Shown here piece by piece: positions 24,941-38,255 of a stretch of DNA of 64,000 nt. The translations under genes and the position numbers were made by a program. The first letter of the stretch is position 1; every line of letters begins with the position of its first letter. Source of the DNA: Diplonema japonicum (Eukaryota > Protista > Euglenozoa: Diplonemea); the NCBI GenBank assembly GCA_964019335.1, contig OZ025678.1, positions 551,302-615,301 on the forward strand, written 5' to 3'. Below the pieces are notes generated by a model. The model was not told the DNA's origin and searched no databases. It was given only the letters and a program-made list of their open reading frames with translations.

Positions 24941-27900
24941 ATGGGAAATGAAACAGAAGAGGGAACAAGTGAGGTCGCTGAAGATGTGGTGGCACTGAAA
25001 GTGAACGAACTAAATGAGGCTGTAAAAATACTGACTGAAAGGAAGGCTGTCCGGGAGAGGAACTTGAAGAGGGAAGGGGGATTGGTACCGAAGAATTTGA
25101 AGTCCGATTTGAAGAAAAGCACGGCAATTGTGAAACGGTTTAAGTCCTTCACAGCAGACGACGCGGAGTGGTGTATAACACAGTTGAAAACCTTTAACCT
25201 GACTCGTTATGTCTCTGAGCTAGTGCAGGCCTTGGTGCAGGCGGTCACGGATGGCAAGCTGAAGTCGAGTGATTGCACAGAAGCTTCTAAAATTATAAGC
25301 TTGCTGCACTGCACCTACGCTGACTTCACCGAAGACTTACTTGCCTCGTTGCAGAAGCATTTAGACACCGCCTCGCTTACCTCCAGCGGCACAGATGCAC
25401 AAGTTGCCGTGACTAGATCCATCTCACGAATGCTGCTCGAGCTATTCGCGATAGGTGTCTGTAGCGATTTAAAAGTAATCAAAAAGCTTCTGCAGCTTAT
25501 CTTCTCCGCAGGTGGGTCGGGCATTGCTGTGCCGGGCGACAGGTCTGTGTCACTGGTGGCTTTCCTCCTCAGGCACTATGGGCACGAGGTGTTTGGCTTC
25601 GTCTCAGTCTCACAGGTCAATGCCACTACGGAAGCAACGCCGAAAACTAAAGAAGACATTAAAACGTGGGCACATCTGCACGCCAAGACTGTGGCTGGGT
25701 ACGTAATACTCACGGAGCAGGAGTCCTCTGGCTTCAAAAGCGGTTTCAAGAAGTATTTCGCGAAGGCGGTTACTTCCTGCAACAAGATGTTTGAAGACTT
25801 CGAAGCTTTGCACCAGGAGGGTGTTGAGTGTATCAAGACAAAAGGTGAGCTCTCTGACGACAAGAAGACTGCATTAGACGACGCACGTAAGAACCTTGAC
25901 AAGTTCATAGCAACAATGAAGCAGCTGGCTGACACTCTCGACACGCTAGACGAATTGCCCGAGCGGCAAGACCTCACTAAGTTCCAAACGGGGGAAACGA
26001 GTACTAACATCTCGTTCATGTCTGGCATGGCCTCCTACTACGCACCGGTCGAGGACTTTGGTACAGCTTCCTTGTATGACGACGAGGACCAGCGTGCCTT
26101 CTATGAAGACTTTCCTGACCTCACGATTGAGCTCCCTGAGTGGGTGAATAGCCCGAATTTGCGCAAAGCACTTGTGAAAGGCTCGAAGCAGGCAGAGGAC
26201 GAAACAGCAAAGAAAGATAATAAAGGAGTGAAAGAGAAGTCAGTGGTGACTTTCAGTGAGGGCACCGAAGACAAAGTGAAAGAGAAGAAAGAGGAAAAGA
26301 AAGAAGAGCCCAAGGAAAAGAGAGCTCCCGACTTCAGTGCTGTGGATGAGTTACTGAAGACTATGGTAGACAGGTGCAGCGGCAAAGTGTCAGCCGACTT
26401 GTGGCTATCGGAGTACATTACCGAGTGCTTCAGCCCCCCTGGTTCCGACAGCTCTGATGTCTCTTTCATCACCAGTTTTGCGGCAACGTGCCGAAAGAAG
26501 CTCAGCAAGGCGATATTTGATGTCCCTAGGAATGCCTTCAACCTGTTCCCGCAGTATTGTCGCATTGTAGCAGCTTGCACAGAGATATGGAAAGAGTTCG
26601 GGCCTAACCTTGTGAGTGCCTTTGATGACGAGTTCGAGAGGCAGTATCAGCAGCAGAATCAGTTGTGGATAGAGGAGAGGAGAAGGAACATCAGAATGTT
26701 GAGTGAGCTGTGCAAGGCAAAACTGTGCCAGCCTTCGATGCTGCTCAGGTGCCTGGCACAGCTGATCGACAACTTTGTGCACCATAACATCGAGGTTTCT
26801 TGCCACTTAGTGGAGGTGGCAGGCAGGTTCCTGTATAGGAACGCAACGTCTTCAGTCAGATTCCAGAACTTGCTGCAGCACATGAAGCGTCAAAAGGATC
26901 AAAAGCACCTCGACCCGCGACAGGAGATGCTGATAGATAGTGCCCTTCAGGAAGCTAGGCCTCCGGAACTTGATCCCGGCAAGAAGGTAATCAAGAAGGT
27001 GAAGCCGGTGCACCCCACTGAAGCCTTTATTCGACACCTACTGTTTTCTAAGTTGACGCGACAGAATGTGTCACAGGTGGCCAGCAGCCTGAGGAAACTC
27101 AACTGGTCTGACCCCAAGACCTTGAAATGGGTGGCTGGGAACCTCAAAAAGGTACACAGGATAAAGTACGCGATCATCCATGTTTGTGCAAACCTTACGA
27201 GTATCTTGGGTGAGTATCACCCTGAGGTGCCTGTTGTACTTGCTGATAACCTCCTTGAGAGCATAAGGCTCGGGCTTGAGATATGCCCTCCCGTGACTGA
27301 TGGACAGCAGCCGATCTCACCACAGCGAAGGCTCCTTGAACTAAAACTGCTTGGTGACTTGTACATCTACAAGGTGGTGGACGAGGCCACGTTGTTCGAA
27401 GTTTTCTACTCGTTGATGTACTACGCGGGATGGAATGACCCCATTGGGTACTACTTCAGGATCCGCATGGTGCTCACACTTTTCGAAAATACTATCTCCT
27501 ACATCACCGAGACACCGTCTGGGAGGCGCAAGCTCTACAGGCTACTTCCCTTCTTCTACCAGTACGTGCATGCCAAAGCCCACCCCTTCCCAGTTGACAT
27601 TGACTACAAGTTGGCAGACTTCATTGACACGCTCTACTCCCTAATCCCGAAGCAGTCCAGGACCTTTGTCACGTTCCCAACCACCATCAAGGGTGCCAAC
27701 GCCATGATCAACGGTGTGGTCGAAGTGCTGGAAGGAACCAACAAGTCGCAGGGCCATAAGGAAAGACTCTTGGGTGGCAAGTCAGTTGCTTTGATGAAGT
27801 ATATTAACAACTTGAAGGAGGCGGTGGGAAATCCTGGTGTCCCGTTGGATGGAAAGAAGCAGCTGCTTTCGAACAGCATCGTTCCGTTCAGAACTAAAAT

Positions 27901-28707
27901 ACACCCTTTGAATCACGGCAGTGAAGTGGACATGGAGGATGAGGACTCGGAGGACCACGAAGAACAGGAGCAGGGGCAGGAACAGGAACAGGAACAGGAA
28001 CAGGAACAGGAACAAGGGGAGGGGGCGAAAGGTGTTCGTCGAGAGCAAGATGAAGAAGATGAAAACGACGAGGAAGAAGAAGAGGACGAAGAAGACGAGG
28101 AAGACGAAGACTCCAGCAGTCATGACGAAGACTACTCAAGAGGGAAATTCCTGATCCCGGTCGCGGGCTTCACTGCACATAGGAAGCGCGAGCTAACAGC
28201 AGAGGAAGAAGAGTTCGACGCACTTTTCAACGATACGGTGAAAGGGATGTACGACGATATGAAGCAGAAGGCATCTATGAAGCAGATGAAGGGTGGCAAG
28301 CTCGACGACAAGATTGCCACAACTATGAATTTACCCCTATCAAACGTGGTGAGAGCAAGTGACAAACAGAGACAGGTACACAAAGCTAACCCCGAGCCTG
28401 GCTCTACTCCGTTCACTGTTGTGCTGAGAAGGAAAGCTGAAGGAAATGCAAGTGTAAAGATCGGTAGCAAGTCTATGAGCATAGGCGTTTTGCAGGTATG
28501 CAATTACGTACACCACTACAAACCTATCAGGTCCCTTCGGAGTCTTCTCTTGCTGCAGGTGATCAGGAAGCCCACAAGCTCCGCAAGACGCAAGAGGAGA
28601 ACGAAGCAAGGCACCGCACCATCCGTTTGCAGGAACAGGCTCAGGCACTTGAAGCCCATGAAACAGGCTTACCGACATACAAAGTGTACAGGAAAGGCGG
28701 CAGGTAG
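24941..28707 (+). CDS. UPF2: nonsense-mediated decay factor UPF2 (MIF4G domains)
   Basis: LKSDLKKSTAIVKR, NLTRYVSELV, LYDDEDQRAFYEDFPDL, HHNIEVSCHLVEVAGRFLYR, YFRIRMV, acidic region. Intron 28496-28530 restores C-terminal VPSESSLA. Confidence 0.9.
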
Positions 28708-28788
28708 GTCGCGCGTGCGGCGTTAAGCAAAGAAAGTGTACTTTTATTTTCTTGCAGCATGCTAACACATCACTTATACAGACAAAAG

Positions 28789-30000
28789 ATGAACGTTCCT
28801 CCTATCACACCCCTGAGGGATGAAGATTTTTACAGACCCATCACAAACGGTAACGTGTCGGTTGAGAACATAGAAGGAAAAGGGAAGGCCATGGTAGCCA
28901 AGCAGGACTTCAATGAAGGTGACATTATCTTAACAGTATGCAACATGACAACTAGTGACAACAAACAGGACCACGCATTGGTAGTAACACAAGACCTTGA
29001 GGACCGCATAGCTGGTATTCCGATTTGTGCGCACACTATGAAAAGCTTAGAGACACCGATCGAGACCTTCGAGAGGGTGACGGATGAAAAAGTACCGAAG
29101 ATGCAGCACATGCACACCTTTATCGATGATGATGGTCATGATCCTGTCGACTGCGTGAAGGGGTGCCCGTTGCAATTCCGGAGCGAGAAAATAAGGAAAA
29201 GAGCTGATAAGCAATGGCATCGTAAGCTCTGCAAAGGCAGGATGACGGAAGAGCAACGCGAAGCGTACACGGCGTTCGAAAACACCAAATGGAAACAGGG
29301 CGGCATTGACTACTCCGACTCCTTTCATGTGCTTCTCCATGCTGTGGCCAAGATCATGTGCCGAAATGAAAAGCTCAGCTTGGTGGAGGCCTGGTACCCG
29401 TTCGACATCCTGGCATGGGCCATGTGGGACGAATTGGCAGTTGAGTGGGCTACAAGGAAGGAAGCCAAGCATACCTCTGCTGATGTACTCAAGAAACTTT
29501 GCAATGCCATCTACCAAATATTTGGAAAGGAATCATGCGACGCCATTGATCTCACAAAAGAGAGGGTCAGCCGCCTGGCGGGTGCTATCCTGTTGAATGC
29601 TCAAGAGCGGAGCCCAGAGTCACCTTTCGGGAGGTACCTAGTATGGCTCGAGGAAAAGGGGCATGTGAACCAGCTCCTCGGTGGCATCTATGATTGGCGT
29701 GCCAGCGAACCGACGGATGTATCGAACGAGCTGTATTACTCAGCAAAAGCACAGGGAATCTACAGCACTCATGCTGTAACAAACCACAGTTGCGCACCCA
29801 ATGCTGAGGTGCAGTACACAGAAGGCATGGACGAGGGTCTCCATATGGTGGCAGTGCGCAACATCAGCAAAGGTGACGAGGTCACCATTTCTTATATATT
29901 GTTGCCCGATGACATGGGGCTTGCTGAGAGGCAGGCCTACCTTCTGAATCACTATAGGTTTAGCTGTACCTGCGAAAGATGTGAGCGGGAAAAGAATTGA
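28789..30000 (+). CDS. SMYD-like SET domain lysine methyltransferase
   Basis: GKGKAMVA, NHSCAPNA, GDEVTISY, post-SET YRFSCTCERC. In-frame intron 28936-28968. Confidence 0.9.
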   Translation: MNVPPITPLRDEDFYRPITNGNVSVENIEGKGKAMVAKQDFNEGDIILTVCNMTTSDNKQDHALVVTQDLEDRIAGIPICAHTMKSLETPIETFERVTDEKVPKMQHMHTFIDDDGHDPVDCVKGCPLQFRSEKIRKRADKQWHRKLCKGRMTEEQREAYTAFENTKWKQGGIDYSDSFHVLLHAVAKIMCRNEKLSLVEAWYPFDILAWAMWDELAVEWATRKEAKHTSADVLKKLCNAIYQIFGKESCDAIDLTKERVSRLAGAILLNAQERSPESPFGRYLVWLEEKGHVNQLLGGIYDWRASEPTDVSNELYYSAKAQGIYSTHAVTNHSCAPNAEVQYTEGMDEGLHMVAVRNISKGDEVTISYILLPDDMGLAERQAYLLNHYRFSCTCERCEREKN

Positions 30001-30077
30001 TGCTCGCACCCTCTCCCATGCTTTTATTTCCTTTATTCTTAAAAACTGCTTACATTACATATCTGCGTAGGTGCCAC

Positions 30078-33000
30078 ATGTCCGGGCAGGTGGACAGGGT
30101 CCGGAGATCACAGTCAAGGCATGTGCTAGCAAAAGATGTGTTCGAACGGTACTACATAGTATCGAGTTTGGCCAGGAGATGTGACACACAGGTGATAAGC
30201 ATCGAAGGGGTCACGGGACGGATGCACTACTCCTCCACGCCTGGTGTTGACTTGTTCAGCACGCACGAAGAGGCAATGGAGTCTCTTGATGGTGCTGACG
30301 TATTGTGCGAGGCGGCGGCCTTGATCGGCTATATGGTGATAGGATCGGAGGGGGTGCTGCTAGTGGCTACCTCAGTAACCGAGACCTTTAAGTTGCCACC
30401 AAACAACAGCATCTTCACCATTGTGGACTCAATGTGGGTGAGGATACCTTTGAAGTACCCTTATGGAAACCTTTCGAAGCAGGAGTCATCCCACCTCAAC
30501 ACGCTCCTCTCTTTCCAAATCAAAGAAGGCTACTACTTCAGCGAAGCCTACGATGCAACACATGTGTACCCCAACAGCAACCCTGTCTCGCAGTACAACA
30601 AGGAGTTTGTCTGGAACCACGCGCTGCGTTCGGAGTTCATTTCTGCAGGCATTGAAGACTGGTGTTGTGTCCTCCTGCAGGGCATGGCCATCTCGCTCCG
30701 TACGGCTGACCGCGACCTCATGAACGAGTGCACCATTGGACTCTTCACACGTAGGTCATCTCTCAACCCGTCCATTAAATCACAGGGAAATGGTCTGAAC
30801 GAGTACCACTCACCACCCAATGAGTATGAGTTGGAGCTACTCGTTTACACGCTCAAAGATAAGCCCTTCTCAGATCCCACCTCGTCCGCCGCAAAATGGG
30901 TGAAAGAAGGGAAGTGGGCTTCGCATGTAGCACGGACTGGGACCGTCCCTGTCGAGGCAAAGACACGGAACTCAGGATCGCCACACAAGGGTTGCCAAGA
31001 ATATTGGAAGAGGATACTAAAGCGTTACGGGGGAGGATCTCCCGTAGTATGTGTGAGTCTGCTATCGGAGAAAGAGAACGCAATTAGAAGCTACTATGAG
31101 CAATCCCTGACGGAAGTGAAAAAGATTTTCAATTTGCGCGCTGAATTCTTTCACTATGACTGGCAGGCGAGCATCTCGAGTGACTTTGCTGTCACTGCAG
31201 AGGACTTGTGGCGGCTCATTAACCCCTCTTTGTTCAAGCACGGTGTGAGCAGTGGTGTTCAGGAGTTTAGCAAGACTCACGGAAACCCTCTAAGCTCGTC
31301 TGTCACTTCACAGCAAGAAGGCGTGTTTCGCTTCTCCTGCATCGATGGCACTGAAAAGAGCAGCTCTGCATACTTCGTTGCTGCATTACAAATCGTCCCA
31401 GAGCTCTGCCGCATGATAGGCGTAAATCACCACAACGCCAATGCCGCTGTCACCCCCAGAGCGGAGTGGCCGCTGCGCGACTTGAAGCTCGCTGATGTGA
31501 AAAGTGCTACCAACAGAGCCATGCTTTCGAACATTGTGATCCTCTTCGCGGAGCACGGCGACCTCGTGACTTCAATGTACGTCGGGCCCGCACAGGCAGC
31601 GACAGGACTGACCTCGTTGCTTCCTTCGATGTTCGGCGACGTGTATTCCGAAGTTAGGAAGAAGTACTTCTGCCACGACAAATTGACACCGCAGCAAATG
31701 GAGTTACTTCTTCAGCAAAAACGAGAAAAGTACTTCCCGTCGCTAGGTTCGAGCGAAACACCGTCCCCCGAATCGAATATTTATGAAACGCGGCTGCTTT
31801 CCGAGTACCCTTCTGCCATCCTTGCAACACCTGTTCCATGTGCCTTTAAAACATGTGTCCCGCAGGGATTGGTTCTACTCTCTGACAGTGCTTCTCACTA
31901 CGAGCCGTGGGTTGTGCCTGCCGGCATTGATCATGCCACCCTTTCTATCGTTCTTCCTGAATACTGCACTGTGACCGAAGTGCACATCACGATCCGGCAT
32001 ACCGGTGCCGATACAGAGCTTTTGACACCGGCAGCTTGCGACATCTTGATAGGTCACCATGCCGATACTTGTGTTCCGGCATACACAGGCCTGCGTCTCC
32101 CTACAGCCCCGGACGGCACTTGCTTGCGATACACGATACCCGCGCACCTATCCGGAATGAAGAGTGCAGGGGGGATCTTGGCCCAGAAATTGAACAATTT
32201 CCACAATAAGCCTTCTCCTTCTTACATGCGCGTGGTTCATATCAACTTCCAGTCTCTGTGCCCCACGCTCCCAATGCTGCTTGGGAACGTTCAAGTGTTC
32301 GGCGTGTGCGGTCGGCAGGTGCCTTGCGAACCCCTTAGCACCACGTTGGACGACATGTTCGAGCTTCTAAGCGATGTGCCTGCAGACAAGGAAGCAGTTT
32401 CCTCTGGAAAGCTGTTAGAACTCCTGAAGTCCGTCGAGGCCATCGACGACGTGAGTCCTGATTCCGACGACGATTCAGACTTTAGTGATGATAATGAGGT
32501 TGGCCTTCAGCAAGCGGCACCAAGTCAGCCAGAAGAGCCTATCGTAGACTTCAGCCTTGCAGTAGGGGCATACAAGTCTTTGGTGACAGAGAAGATAAAG
32601 CGCAAAGTCGATTTCACAGAAGCTCTGTTGCTTGAAAGTAAACGACTGGAGCTGAAGATTCCTAGTGCCATTCGGGATGTAGTGCTTTACCAGCTTTCTC
32701 AGAACCCTGAATCCTTGGACCCTTCGCGCCTTATCTTCAAAAAGGATCGCAACGTGGAAGCTTCGTTAAGAAAAAGGCTGGTGACGCCTGCGTGCAGTGA
32801 GGAGACATGTCAGAAGTCCTTCAGATTCATGATGAGAGGAAAGGTCAGCTGCAAGTACTGCAGAATGACCTTCTGCAAGGAGTGCATGTACAAAGACAGA
32901 ATGACTGTGATCGAATACGGGTGGGATGTAGCTGACAACGACGTCTGCAGCAGGTATGTACTGAAGCGTCATGTTATCATCTTTTAGATGTGCGGCAGAG

Positions 33001-34454
33001 ATTCAGACACAAAAGGAACTTATTTACAAAGTTCACAACCCGACGGACGAAGTGGCCCTTGCTGACAATTGTGCAAAAGTCTATGGCTCTCTCTTTAGAG
33101 ATACGCTCCAGACTAAAGATATCAAGGAGGGAGCAACCTACGGTATGTAAGACCCTTTAACCCTTTTAATCCCCCTGCAGAAGTCTTGATATCCAGACCT
33201 TACTCTGTTGCGGAACTTCCTGAAGCAGCTATTCTGTCGGCTGTAGAAGCACATGAGTCGAGTCCTCCTATCGAGAGCATCTTGTTCCACCCGCTTAGGG
33301 CAAAACATCCTCCGACATCCAGCGCATACGGGAATCCAGATGCGATTCCGCCTTTAGAGCCCCTGCACAGCGGGTCGTACTGGTTCACCCCAGACGGCTG
33401 CGAGGAAGTAACGATCGATATCAGCATCCCTATAGTCGTGCACGCAACATCCGTGATCCTCATGGCAGATGGCTTAGGCTACACAGAACAGGATAGACTG
33501 AAGGTTACGGTAGAGGTAGGGTTGCTGATCGGACAGCTGTACCCTTGTGGGGAGTGGGACGTGGGTGAGGTAGCACCTGGAGAGAAGCAAGAGTTCAGTC
33601 TCGGCAACTTCCCGCCGGACCAAGGATCACAAATAATACGATTGAAGGTTTCCTTGCGGAATGGTATTGCAGAGGACGCCCCGGTCATGCGACAGAGAAT
33701 ACATATCGGTTGTGTGCTGGTGCAAGGGCTGCCGAAGTTGCAAGCGCCCGTTGAGCAAGTGGAAGAGCCAATTGAAACCAGGAGCAGGGCAGGTGCAATG
33801 AGATCGGGTATGGGTGGTGTGAAACAGAAGTACATCGAGAAGGGATCGAACCAGTCTGTGCTGAGCGTCTTGACGAATCCCAACCTGGAAAAAGTACAGC
33901 GAGAAGTTCTCAAGCGAGAGGGCGAGGAGTGGTCGGGGTCGAAAGAGGGCGTGCTGGATATTATACTGAAAACGTCAGACATGGAGAAGACTGTGATGGG
34001 GTTTAGTATCGAGCACAAAAGCGATGACACCATGAGCCATGCAAGGGACGTGAGGATCTCGCTGTTCAGGGGAGTCGAGGAGTCCCAGTCTCACATTAAT
34101 GTGGGCGACTTTGTCATACCCGCAGTCGGGGTCGGGACGCAGTTACACTATCTCTTCCCAGTTCAATGTCAGCTGTCATCTGTAAAAAAAGTATGCATAT
34201 CACTATCCTCCATTTGTCAGGTACGGTGTGAAGTGTTGTGCCACTATGGCGCTCCAAAAGTCTCCAAGCCATCCATCTCGCTCTTCACGTCCAGCATCAG
34301 AGTCAACATGCCTAAGGTATGTTCCTACTTTCACATTTTATCTATTTTTCAGACTTTCCCATCTGCTGAGTACTGTTCCTTGTTTCTCTCGAAAACGGCG
34401 ACTTATTACAACGAAACAGTTCGAAAAGCTTCCCGTTGCTCAATGAGTGATTAA
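30078..34454 (+). CDS. SAC9-like phosphoinositide phosphatase-domain protein with FYVE-type zinc finger
   Basis: EFVWNHAL, WCCVLLQG, RRSSLNP, NEYELE, RTGTVPV, FRFSCIDGTEKS; Cys cluster CSEETC..CKYC..FCKEC..VCSRC. Introns 32954-32987 (completes CSRC), 33143-33180, 34191-34220 and 34317-34352 merge the two track ORFs into one gene. Confidence 0.8.
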
Positions 34455-34607
34455 TCTACGTGTGAACGCCTGCTTCTTTCCTTGATCTTGCGCTTCAGCT
34501 GCCCCATGTGCTAATTTCTTTTTGCTTCTTTTCTTGCTTTTATCAGCCCCCTCCCATTCTCGGTAGCACCAGTAATATAACATTAACATGAAACACTGCG
34601 CTGCTGC

Positions 34608-35813
34608 ATGCCAACCATGCTAGAGCCTTCGGACAAGCGGTATGCACGACGAAGTTCCCAACACTCGCACAGGACAGAGGAGGAAAGCGGTGAGGAGAGT
34701 GAATGGAACCCAAAGCTGTGCGATGTGGATACAGATGAGACCGTAGAGATGGCGTTTTCAAGAAAGGTTCACGCACTGCTTGATGCCAGCGGGTACGAAG
34801 AAGAGTCTTATGCACAGGAGCATGCAATGATCACTAAAGCCCTCTTCTTCTTGTCGTTTGTTATGATAATGTTGAGTGTGATCGTTTTCACCGTGGAATC
34901 CCTCCCTGAGTACTACAACCGAGGCCTTCCAGCCTTCTTTACCTTGGAGACAACCTGTGTTGTGTGGTTCACTATCGAGCTTGTCACCCGACTTGTAACG
35001 TGTGATTCCATAAAAGATTTCATGAAATCAATGATGAACTGGATTGATTTCATTGCCATAGCCCCTTATTACCTCGACCTCGTTCTCACGCTGAGCAAAA
35101 GAGGTGGGGGTGGTGCAAAGGAGCTACTCATATTAAGAGTCATCAGGCTGACCAGAGTGTTCCGTGTCTTTAAGCTTTCAAAGTATAACGAAGGCGTTCA
35201 AGTAGTGATGGCCTCCCTCGCGAATAGCACAGACGCATTGAGCTTGCTATTCTTCTTAATGACGTTGACCGTGGTACTGTTCGGGAGCGCTATGTACTTC
35301 GCTGAGCAGACCGCCGCTACATGGGATGATCAGAACCGCACTTGGGTACGAAAATCAGAGTACGGAGGTCCCGTTGAACAGCATAAGATTATATCAATCC
35401 CCTACGGCTTCTGGTGGTGCCTTGTCACAGTTACAACCGTGGGTTACGGCGACATGGTCCCTGTCACTTTTGCGGGATACTTGGTAGGCGTGGCCGCAAT
35501 GCTGGCAGGCATACTTATTGTCGCTTTTCCCATCATCATCATCGGTGCAAAGTTTACCGAGGTTCGCGACCAGTTCCGACGAAGAAAAGAAGAAGCCGTT
35601 ATCATGCGCAACACAGCAAAGCTCAACAAACAGAACAAAGATGTCGTGCCTCAACAAATTCGGCCAAAGCCACCCAACGACGCCGACGCCATCCGGGATC
35701 TCATCAAGAGGTTGGATGCCATGTCTAAGAAGATTGATGAGCTTATACAAGATGACATAGGGAAGTGCCCAAACTGCAGGACGCGAGCTTTTCCAAGCAA
35801 GCAAACTGACTAA
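34608..35813 (+). CDS. voltage-gated potassium channel (6TM)
   Basis: S4 LRVIRLTRVFRVFKL, pore WWCLVTVTTVGYGD, S6 AFP; no obvious T1 domain. Confidence 0.93.
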   Translation: MPTMLEPSDKRYARRSSQHSHRTEEESGEESEWNPKLCDVDTDETVEMAFSRKVHALLDASGYEEESYAQEHAMITKALFFLSFVMIMLSVIVFTVESLPEYYNRGLPAFFTLETTCVVWFTIELVTRLVTCDSIKDFMKSMMNWIDFIAIAPYYLDLVLTLSKRGGGGAKELLILRVIRLTRVFRVFKLSKYNEGVQVVMASLANSTDALSLLFFLMTLTVVLFGSAMYFAEQTAATWDDQNRTWVRKSEYGGPVEQHKIISIPYGFWWCLVTVTTVGYGDMVPVTFAGYLVGVAAMLAGILIVAFPIIIIGAKFTEVRDQFRRRKEEAVIMRNTAKLNKQNKDVVPQQIRPKPPNDADAIRDLIKRLDAMSKKIDELIQDDIGKCPNCRTRAFPSKQTD

Positions 35814-35867
35814 AATTGTGCATATTTTCATTTGACTTTAATATTGCCATTGGTTACGTACATAGGA

Positions 35868-37809
35868 ATGGGTGATGTGCTTCAGGACCTCCTCGCTTCG
35901 CTGAAAACCGTTTTCATCAATGAGGGCGTGGAAATGGAAGGTTGTAACTCTGTTGCAAACGTCTCTGACATCTTAGCCTTCACGAAGGGCTATGTACTTC
36001 CAAAGCCCTTAGCAGCGGCTGGCAAGACTATCAACGTGCCAGATAACAAGGAAGATTTTGACACACTGGTGTTTGATGAGTTCGTCAGCATGAACGAGCG
36101 GATACGGCAGTCAGAAGGGCAGGACGACGTAATCATGCAGGAGATAGAAAACTGGAGAAAGAAGTGGCTCAGGAGTGTGTCTCCAAGCAGCTCACGAACC
36201 ACCTCAGCAGATTCTAGTTCTTCGGTGGTCGCAAAAAATCTTGAGCATACCAACAACATGTCAAGAAAGTGGCGCTGGATGCCTCTTGACGGTAAACACA
36301 CCATCCAGAAGCTTGTGGAAAAACCAAAGCCTCGGGTACCTTTGCTCACTTACTCTCAAGAAGCCTTTATGAACGTCCAGACGCTTCAGCAAGACTGCGA
36401 AGAAGCAATCAAACAAACAGCACCTGTACCTGTTGTCCCCGGGGAGAGAGACAGTCCGGTCAATCAGAGGTGCAGTATTTGCCACTTCAGCTCGATCTGT
36501 CTAAACTGTACCCTGACAAAGAAAAGAAACCCTCTTTACCAGCAAGAGATGTACTTAATGATGAGAATTGAAATGTGCAAAGCAATTGAAGATATAAGAA
36601 CGGAAGAAGAAAACCGGTTGAACAAAACCGATGCTGATTATGAAGCGTCGACTGCCAAACTGCGCGGCGTTTATAATAAACTGGTGATGAGGGAGCCTTG
36701 GGTGGAGTGGTTGTGTCGGTACGACGCTGACATGGCAAGGATCACCCGTGAGACGGACGAACGCATCCTGACGCTCGTTGAGGAGCACGAGCAAAACGTG
36801 CACAGCTTGAGGGCCATGAACACACAGCTAGAAAACGAAAAGCGAAATGTATGCACTTTTATACCCCACCACGCGTTACAGCTTCAAGAAACCATGACTC
36901 AAGCAATGAAAGAATCCTCCTGCCAGCTTGAGAACGTCAAGGAGTTGCTTGCTTCTAGTAGTGTATGTTCGTACAATCGTGTAAACACCCCTTCAGGAGA
37001 CAGTAGAGGCGCTCGAAGCAGAAGTGGATATCGCAAGAAAGGTTAAGAAAGTACAGACCATCTTTACTAGTAAAAGGAATCGTGCTTTAAATGCGTGTAC
37101 AGAAAAACTGAAGGCCGCGAAAGCGAGAATGCAGGAGAACAAGGAAAAACAACACATTAAGAACTCCTCGAACGGCTTGTTTCGCGATACGATGCAGCAC
37201 AGCCTGCTCACGATGATGAACAGCGAGGTAAGTTCAGTTGAGGTGGAAGAGTTCGGCTCAGAGTCATGGATAAATGGGGACGAAGTGAGGCAAGCGTGTG
37301 CAACTGAGTGGTGCCCGGTGTTTGATCTTGTTAAGACAACAACCAAAAAAGCGGTAATGATGCAAGAACTGCTTAGGAAGATGCGTTCCAAGGAGAACGA
37401 AACATTCACGAGGACGAAAGAAATGGAAATAGAGATCGACCTCTTGAACAAGCAGCTGCACAGGAGATCGGGTGCTGGCAGCGTATCGTCTTCAGTGGAT
37501 CTCATGCCCTTTGCGTCTTTTATGCAATTCACCCGTAAGCCGCGAGAAGAAAGCGACCATGAAGGCTCGGAGTCGCCAGGCCTTCCTGCCGTTCCCCCGA
37601 CCCTCCCAAGGACGTCCGTCAGCGAACGGCCGCGGAGGGTGTCCTACGTCATGGATGAGAGTCAAACTTTCGGTTCTGTAAGAGGCATGGGGTCGATGAG
37701 TGGTAGCGGGAGGAAGTGGCGCGGATCGCATGCCGCACAGATAGCACTGCGTAGGTCGTCCATTAGGTCATCCATCAGGAGTACCGACTCAGGGAGCAGG
37801 CTTAGATAA
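35868..37809 (+). CDS. hypothetical coiled-coil protein
   Basis: Two track ORFs joined by intron 36963-36996; in-frame intron 36849-36881; CxxC..CxxC motif. Confidence 0.6.
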
Positions 37810-37897
37810 TAAGTTAACACTTGTCATTTACACGTACAAACTTTTAAAATAAATTTATTTGTTTTGTCTTCGTGCTTCCTTGCATCATTACGCAGCA

Positions 37898-38171
37898 ATG
37901 GGGCTGCAGATCCATCTGCACAGAAGGGCATTTCGCCGAGCAGGTGTCGTGACGGATTGGCTAGAGGGCTACGGTTTCATTAAATGCGATGTGGAGCACA
38001 AGGTGTTTGCCCACAAGACGAACCTTGTGAGCGGAAAGAGACTGCGTGTGGGGCGGAAAGTGGAATTTGACCTGCAGTACACAGCGAAGTATGCAACTTT
38101 TTGTACTGTCATGAACCAACAGGGGCCCTGAGGCGTTCAATATAACAGGTCCGCAGGGCACTGACCCGTAA
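37898..38171 (+). CDS. cold-shock domain protein
   Basis: GVVTDW..GYGFI, VFAH, GRKVEF. Intron 38089-38122 restores KGPEAFNITGP. Confidence 0.85.
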
Positions 38172-38255
38172 ATACGTAATGTACTTTCAAATAATTGGCG
38201 ACACGCCATGAAAAGGTTTTTTCTTTCTGCTTCGACACTAGCATCACAGGCATCA

